Source: Eledone cirrhosa (Eukaryota). Taken from it: DNA of 64,000 nt. The first letter of the stretch is position 1. Each line of letters begins with the position of its first letter. Below the pieces are notes generated by a model. The model was not told where the DNA came from. It did no database searches and worked only from the letters and a program-made list of their open reading frames with translations. The DNA is taken from positions 405,480,001-405,544,000 of the forward strand of contig OZ024741.1 in assembly GCA_964016885.1 (NCBI GenBank), read 5' to 3'. The translations under genes were made by a program, and so were the position numbers. Positions 55,201 to 64,000 of the stretch are shown one piece after another.

Positions 55201-58200
55201 CAGTTGGAACATTACCGTAGGAATATTATAGAAGGGTATATTAGTTTAGGTACATTACAGTAGGTACATTGCAATATGTACATTACAGTAGGTGCATTAC
55301 AGTAGGTGCATTACAGTAGGTACATTAGGTTAGGTACGTTACAGTACGTATATTACAATAGGTACATTAGGTTAGCTAGTTACAGTAGGGTACATTACAG
55401 TAGGTACATTACAGTAGGTACATTACAGTAGGGACATTACAGTAGGTACATTACAGTAGGGTAAATTACAGTAGGTACATTACAGTAGTTACATTACAGT
55501 ATGTACATTACAGTAGTGTACATTAGGTTAGGTACATTACACTAGGTACATTACACTAGGTACATTACAGTCGGTACATTACTGTAGGGTACATTACGTT
55601 AGGTATATTACAGTAGGGTAGAGTAGGTTAGATACATTAGCTTAGGTACATTACAGTAGGTACATTACAGTATGGTACATTACAGTAGGTGTATTACAGT
55701 ACGGTGCATTAGGTTAGGTACTTTACAGTAGGTGCATTAGGTTTGGTACATTACAGAGCTACATTACAGTAGGTACATTACAGTAAATACATTAGGTTAG
55801 GTACATTAGGTGAGGTACATTACAGTAGGGTACATTACAGTAGGTATATTAGGTTAGGTATGTTACAGTAGGTACATTACAATAGGTACATTAGGTTAGG
55901 TATATTACAGCAGGTACCTCACAGTAAGTACATTAGGTTAGGTACATTAGGTGAGGTACATTACAGTAGGGTACATTACAGTAGGTACATTAGGTTAGGT
56001 ATGTTACAGTAGGTACATTACAATAGGTACGTTAGGTTAGGTACGTTATACTAGGGTACATTACAGTAGGTACATTACAGTAGGTACATTACAGTAGGGT
56101 ACATTAGGTTAGGTACATTAGAGTAGGTACATTACAGTAGGTACATTAGTTTAGGTACGTTACAGTAGGTACATTAGGTTAGGTACATTACAGTAGGTAC
56201 ATTACATTAGGTACATTACAGTAGGGTACATTACAGTAGGTACATTAGGTTAGGTACATTACACTAGGTACTTTACAGTAGGGTACATTACAGTTGGTTC
56301 ATTACTGTAGGGTATATTAGCTTAGGTACATTACAGTAGGTACATTACAGTAGTTGCATTACTGTAGGGTATATTAGCTTAGGTACATTACAGTAGGAAG
56401 ATTACAGTAGGGTACATTATAGTAGGTACATTATGTTAGATACATTACAGTAGGCACATTACAGTAGGTACATTACAGTAGGTACATTAGGTTAGGTACG
56501 TTACAGTAAGTATATTACAATAGGTACATTAGGTTAGCTAGTTACAGTAGGGTACATTACAGTAGGTACATTACAGTAGGTACATTACAGTAGGGACATT
56601 ACAGTAGGTACATTACAGTAGGGTAAATTACAGTAGGTCCATTACAGTAGTTACATTACAGTATGTACATTACAGTAGTGTACATTAGGTTAGGTACATT
56701 ACACTAGGTACATTACACTAGGTACATTACACTAGGTACATTACAGTCGGTACATTACTGTAGGGTACATTACGTTAGGTATATTACAGTAGGGTAGAGT
56801 AGGTTAGATACATTAGCTTAGATACATTACAGTAGGTACATTATGTTAGGTACATTACAGTAGGTACATTACAGTAGGTACATTACATTAGGTACATTAG
56901 ATTAGGTACATTACAGTAGTTACATTACAGTAGGTACATTAGCTTAGGTACATTATAGTAGGTACATTACAGTAGGGTACATTACACTAGGTACATTACA
57001 GCAGGGTACATTAGCTTAGGTACATTATAGTAGGTACATTACAGTTGGGTACATTACACTAGGTTCATTACAGTGGGTAATTAGGTTAGGTACATTACAG
57101 TAGGTACATTACAGTATGGTACATTACAGTAGGTGTATTACAGTACGGTGCATTAGGTTAGGTACTTTACAGTAGGTGCATTAGGTTTGGTACATTACAG
57201 AGCTACATTACAGTAGGTACATTACAGTAAATACATTAGGTTAGGTACATTAGGTGAGGTACATTACAGTAGGGTACATTACAGTAGGTACATTAGGTTA
57301 GGTATGTTACAGTAGGTACATTACTATAGGTACATTAGGTTAGGTATATTACAGCAGGTACCTCACAGTAAGTACATTAGGTTAGGTACATTAGGTGAGG
57401 TACATTACAGTAGGATACATTACAGTAGGTACATTAGGTTAGATATGTTACAGTAGGTACATTACAATAGGTACATTAGGTTAGGTACGTTACACTAGGG
57501 TACATTACAGAAGGTACATTACAGTAGGTACATTACAGTAGGTAGATTAAAGTAGGGTACATTAGGTTAGGTACATTAGAGTAGGTACATTACAGTAGGT
57601 ACATTAGTTTAGGTACATTACAGTAGGTACATTAGGTTAGGTACATTACAGTAGGTACATTACATTAGGTACATTACAGTAGGGTACATTACAGTAGGTA
57701 CATTAGGTTAGGTAGATTACACTAGGTACTTTACAATAGGGTACATTACATTTGGTTCATTACTGTAGGGTATATTAGCTTAGGTACATTACAGTAGGTA
57801 CATTACAGTAGTTGCATTACTGTAGGGTATATTAGCTTAGGTACATTACAGTAGGAAGATTACAGTAGGGTACATTATAGTAGGTACATTATGTTAGGTA
57901 CATTACAGTAGGTACATTACAGTAGGTACATAACAGTAGGGTACATTACAGTAGGTACATTAGGTTAGGTACATTACACTAGGTACTTTACAGTAGGTAC
58001 ATGACAGTATGGTACATTACAGTAGGTACCTTAGGTTAGGTATATTACACTTGGTACATTACAGTAGGTATATTACAGTAGGTACATTACAGTAGGTACA
58101 TTACAGTAGGTACATTACAGCAGGTACATTATGTTAGGTACATTACAGTAGGTACATTAGGTTAGGTACATTACAGTAGGTACATTACAGTAGGTACATT

Positions 58201-61200
58201 ACAGTAGGGTACATTACAGTAGGTACATTAGGTTAGGTACATTACACTTGGTACATTACAGTAGGTACATTACAGTAGGTACATTACAGTAGGTACATTA
58301 CAGTAGGTACATTACAGTAGGTACATTACAGTAGGTACATTAGGTTAGGTCATTACAGTAGGTATATTAGGTTAGGTACACTACAGTAGGTACATTAGGT
58401 TAGGTACATTACAGTAGGAACATTACAGTAGGGTACATTATAGTAGGTACATTATGTTAGGTACATTACAGTAGGTACATTACAGTAGGTACATTACAGT
58501 AGGAACATTACAGTGGGTACATTAGGTTAGGTACATTACAGTAGGTACATTAGTTTAGGTACATTACAGTAGGTACATTAGGTTAGGTACATTACAGTAG
58601 GTACATTACAGTAGGTACATTATAGTAGGGAACATTAGGTTAGGTACATTACACTAGGTACATTACAGTAGGTACATTACAGTAGGTACATTAGGTTAGG
58701 TCATTACAGTAGGTATATTAGGTTAGGTACACTACAGTAGGTACATTAGGTTAGGTACGTTACAGTAGGTACATAACAGTAGGGTACATTACAGTATGTA
58801 CATTACAGTAGGTACATTAGGTTAGATACATTACAGTAGGGTACATTATATTAGGTACATAACAATAGGTATATTACAGTAGGTACATTAGGTTAGGTAC
58901 ATTACAGTAGGTACACTAAAGTAGGTACATTAGGTTAGGTACGTTACAGTAGGTATATTAGGTTAGGTTCATTACAGTAGGTACATACATTACAGTAGGT
59001 ACATAAATTAGGTACATTGTAGTAGATATATTAGGTTAGGTACAATACAGTAGGTACATTACAGTAGATACATTATAATAGGTACATTACAGTAGGGTGC
59101 ATTACAGTACGGTACATTATGTTATGTACATTACAGTAGGTACCTCACAGTAAGTAATTAGGTTAGGTACATTAGATTAGCTATATTACAGTAGGGTACA
59201 TTACATTAGGTACACTACTGTAGGGTACGTTACAGTAGGTACATTACAGTAGGTACATTACAGTATGTACATTACAGTAGTGTACATTAGGACAGGCATA
59301 TTACAGTAGGGTACATTACATTATGGTACATTACGTCAGGTACATTACTGTAGGGTAGAGTAGGTTAGATACATTAGCATAGGTACATTACAGTAGGTAC
59401 ATTATGTTAGGTACATTACAGTAGGTACATTACAGTAGGTACATTACATTAGGTACATTAGATTAGGTACATTACAGTAGTTACATTACAGTAGGTACAT
59501 TAGATTAGGTACATTATAGTAGGTACATTACAATAGGATAGGGTACATTAGCTTAGGTATATTATAGTAGGTACATTACAGTTGGGTACATTACACTAGG
59601 TTCATTACAGTGGGTAATTAGGTTAGGTACATTACAGTAGGTACATTACAGTAGGGTACATTAGGTTAGGTACATTAGATTAGGTACATTACAGTAGGTA
59701 CATTAGTTTAGGTACATTACAGTAGGTACATTAGGTTAGGTACATTACAGTAGGTACATTACAGTAGGTACATTACAGTAGGTACATTACAGTAGGGTAC
59801 ATTACAGTAGGTACATTAGGTTAGGTACATTACACTAGGTACTTTACAGTAGGGTACATTACAGTAGGTCATTACTGTAGGTTATATTAGCTTAGGTACA
59901 TTACAGTAGGTACATTACAGTAGGTGTATTACTGTAGGGTATATTAGTTTAGGTACATTACAGTAGGAACATTACAATAGGGTACATTATAGTAGGTACA
60001 TTATGTTAGGTACATTACAGTAGGTACATTACAGTAGGAACATTACAGTGGGTACATTAGGTTAGGTACATTACAGTAGGTACATTAGTTTAGGTACATT
60101 ACAGTAGGTACATTAGGTTAGGTACATTACAGTAGGTACATTACAGTAGGTACATTATAGTAGGGAACATTAGGTTAGGTACATTACAGTAGGTACATTA
60201 CAGTAGATATTTTACAGTAGGGTACATTAGGTTAGGTACATTACAGTAGGTACATTACAGTAGATACATTACAGTAGGTACTTTACAGTAGGTACATTAC
60301 AGTAGGGTACATTCGGTTTAGGTACATTACAGTAGGTACATTATAATAGGTACATTACAGTAGGGTGCATTACAGTACGGTACATTAGGTTAGGTACATT
60401 ACAGTAGGTACCTCACAGTAAGTACATTAGGTTAGGTACATTAGGTTAGGTATATTACAGTAGGGTACATTACATTAGGTACATTACAGTAGGGTACGTT
60501 ACGGTAGGTACATTCAGTTAGGTACATTACAGTAGGGTGCATTACAGTAGGTTCATTACAGCAGGTACATTAGTTTAGGTACATTACAGTAGGTACATTG
60601 GGTTAGGTACATTACAGTAGGGTAAATTAGGTAGGTACATTAAAGTAGGGTACATTACAGTAGGTACATTACAGTAGTTACATTACAGTAGGGTGCATTA
60701 GGTTAGGTACATTAAAGTAGGGTACATTACAGTAGGTACATTACAGTAGGTACATTAGAGTAGGGTACATTAGGTTAGGTACATTAGAGTAGGTACATTA
60801 CAGTAGGTACATTAGGTTAGGTACATTACAGTAGGTACATTAGTTTAGGTACATTACAGTAGGTACATTAGGTTAGGTACATTACAGTAGGTACATTATT
60901 GTAGGGTACATTATAGTAGGTACATTACAGTAGGTAATTAGGTTAGGTACATTACAGTAGGTACATTACAGTAGGTACATTACAGTAGGTACATTACAGT
61001 AGGGTACATTAGGTTAGGTACATTAGAGTAGGTACATTACAGTAGGTACATTAGGTTAGGTACATTACAGTAGGTACATTAGGTTAGGTACATTACAATA
61101 GGTACATTAGGTTAGGTACATTACAGTAGGTACATTATTGTAGGGTACATTATAGTAGGTACATTACAGTAGGTAATTAGGTTAGGTACATTACAGTAGG

Positions 61201-64000
61201 TACATTACAGTAGGGTACATTACAAGAGGTTCATTACTGTAGGGTATATTAGATTATGTACATTACAGTAGGTACATTACAGTAGGTGCATTACTGTAGG
61301 GTATATTAGCTTAGGTACATTACAGTAGGAACATTACAGTAGGGTACATTATAGTAGGTACATACGTTGGGTACATTACAGTAGGTACATTACAGTAGGG
61401 TACATTACAGTAGGTACATTAGGTTAGGTACATTACATTAGGTACTTTGCAGTAGGTACATTAGGTTAGGTACATTACAGTAGGGTACATTACAGTAGGT
61501 ACATTAGTTTAGGTACATTACAGTAGGAATATAATAGTAGGTACACTATAGTAGCTACATTACAGTAGATATATTACAGTAGGTGCATTACAGTAGGTAC
61601 ATTAGGTTAGGTACATTACAGTAGGTACATTAAAGTAGGTACATTAAAGTAGGTACATTACAGTAGGTACATTAGGTTAGGTACATGACAGTATGTACAT
61701 TAGGTTAGGTACATTACAGTAGGTACATTTCAGTATGTACATTACAGTAAGTACAGTAGGTTAGGTACATTACAGTGGGTACATTAGGTTAGGTACATTA
61801 CAGTAGGTACATTAGGTTAGGTACATAACAGTAGGTACATTAAAGTAGGTACAGTAGGTTAGGTACATTACAGTAGGTACATTACAGTAGGTACATTACA
61901 GTAGGTACATTATAGTAGGGAACATTAGGTTAGGTACATTACAGTAGGTACATTACAGTAGATATTTTACAGTAGGGTACATTAGGTTAGGTACATTACA
62001 GTAGGTACATTACAGTAGATACATTACAGTAGGTACTTTACAGTAGGTACATTACAGTAGGGTACATTAGGTTTAGGTACATTACAGTAGGTACATTATA
62101 ATAGGTACATTACAGTAGGGTGCATTACAGTACGGTACATTAGGTTAGGTACATTACAGTAGGTACCTCACAGTAAGTACATTAGGTTAGGTACATTAGG
62201 TTAGGTATATTACAGTAGGGTACATTACATTAGGTACATTACAGTAGAGTACGTTACAGTAGGTACATTCAGTTAGGTACATTACAGTAGGGTGCATTAC
62301 AGTAGGTTCATTACAGCAGGTACATTAGTTTAGGTACATTACAGTAGGTACATTGGGTTAGGTACATTACAGTAGGGTAAATTAGGTAGGTACATTAAAG
62401 TAGGGTACATTACAGTAGTTACATTACAGTAGGTACATTAGGTGAGGTACGTTACACTAGGGTACATTACAGTAGTTACATTACAGTAGGTACATTAGGT
62501 GAGGTACGTTACACTAGGGTACATTACAGTACGTACATTACAGTAGGTACATTACCGTAGGGTACATTACAGTAGGTACATTACAGTAGGTACATTACAG
62601 TAGGTACATTACAGTAGGGTACATTAGGTTAGGTACATTAGAGTAGGTACATTAGGTTAGGTACATTACAGTAGGTACATTATTGTAGGGTACATTATAG
62701 TAGGTACATTACAGTAGGTAATTATGTTAGGTACATTACAGTAGGTACATTACAGTAGGGTACATTACAGGAGGTTCGTTACTGTAGGGTATATTAGATT
62801 AGGTACATTACAGTAGGTACATTACAGTAGGTGCATTACTGTAGGGTATATTAGCTTAGGTACATTACAGTAGGAACATTACAGTAGGGTACATTATAGT
62901 AGGTACATTACAGTAGGTACATTACAGTAGGGTACGTTACAGTAGGTACATTAGGTTAGGTACATTACAGTAGGTACATTAGGTTAGGTACATTACAGTA
63001 GGTACATTAGCTTAGGTACATTATAGTAGGTACATTACAGTAGGATACATTACACTAGGTACATTACCGTAGGGTACATTAGCTTAGGTACATTATAGTA
63101 GGTACATTACAGTTGGGTACATTACACTAGGTTCATTACTTTGGGTAATTAGGTTAGGTACATTACAGTAGGTACATTACAGTATGGTACATTCCAGTAG
63201 GTGTATTACAATACGGTACATTAGGTTAGGTACTTTACAGTAGGTACATTAGGTTAGGTACATTACAGAGCTACATTACAGTAGGTACATTACAGTAGGT
63301 ACATTAGGTTAGGTATATTACAGCAGGTACCTCACAGTAAGTACATTAGGATAGGTACATTAGGTGAGGTACATTACAGTAGGGTACATTACAGTAGGTA
63401 CTTTAGGTTAGGTACGTTACAGTAGGTACATTACAATAGGTACATTATGTTAGGTACATTACACTAGGGTACATTACAGTAGGTACATTACAGTAGGTAC
63501 ATTACAGTAGGTACATTACAGTAGGTACATTACAGTAGGGTAAATTAGTTTAGGTACATTAGATTAGGTACATCACAGTATGTACATTACAGTAAGTACA
63601 TTAGGTTAGGTACATTACAGTAGGGTACATTAGGTTAGGTACATTACAATAGGTACATTACAGTAGGTACATTAGGTTAGGTACGTTACAGTAGGTACAT
63701 TAGGTTAGATTCATTACAGTAGGTACATACATTACAGTAGGTACATTAAGTTAGGTACATTATAGTAGGTATATTAGTTTAGGTACATTACAGTAGGTAC
63801 AATAGTTTAGGTACATTACAGTAGGAATATTATAGTAGGTACACTATAGTAGCTACATTAAAGTAGATATATTACAGTAGGTGCATTACAGTAGGTACAT
63901 TACAGTAGGTACATTAGGTTAGATACATTACAGTAGGTACATTATAATAGGTACATTACAGTAGGGTGCATTACATTACGGTACATTAGGTTAGGTACAT
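10237..64000. repeat. >53-kb satellite of 14-bp (occasionally 15-bp) units, open at the right edge
   Basis: Units GTACATTACAGTAG (A), GTACATTAGGTTAG (B) and the 15-bp GTACATTACAGTAGG, all in one orientation; roughly 3,800 units by length/14. No ORF of 60 aa or more in the supplied track. Confidence 0.99.

Noticed and set aside
10237-64000. True telomerase-made telomere tract or coding repeat
   Set aside because: TTAGG essentially never exceeds two consecutive copies, mutations are shared between kb-scale blocks, and stops (TAG on plus, TAA on minus) rotate through all frames.

Overview
This is eukaryotic, gene-free, repeat-dominated DNA, most likely an animal. A tRNA-derived SINE at ~6.5 kb and the CR1 end at ~4.4 kb resemble Octopus repeats as I recall them; this is not database-checked. 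Layout: (1) 1-4339, about 71 copies of a 61-bp satellite whose unit is the C-terminal coding segment of a CR1-type LINE ORF2, still attached to the parent LINE remnant (4340-~4480, minus strand). (2) ~4.5-10.2 kb, a decayed-transposon island: stacked RTE-like 3' ends with C2H2 fingers and microsatellite tails, a SINE, an inverted pair of a ~200-bp element, a Rex3/Expander-like RT fragment, and two hAT-like MITEs with 8-bp TSDs, one with its right end amplified 7x. (3) 10237-64000 (open-ended), a >53-kb array of 14/15-bp units made mainly of two interspersed variants, GTACATTACAGTAG and GTACATTAGGTTAG (the latter contains TTAGGTTAGG), with nested kb-scale duplications. No intact protein-coding or RNA gene is supported; the listed ORFs are repeat by-products or TE relics. 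I found no convincing new gene system. The most notable biology is satellite birth from TE pieces and the structured two-variant satellite.
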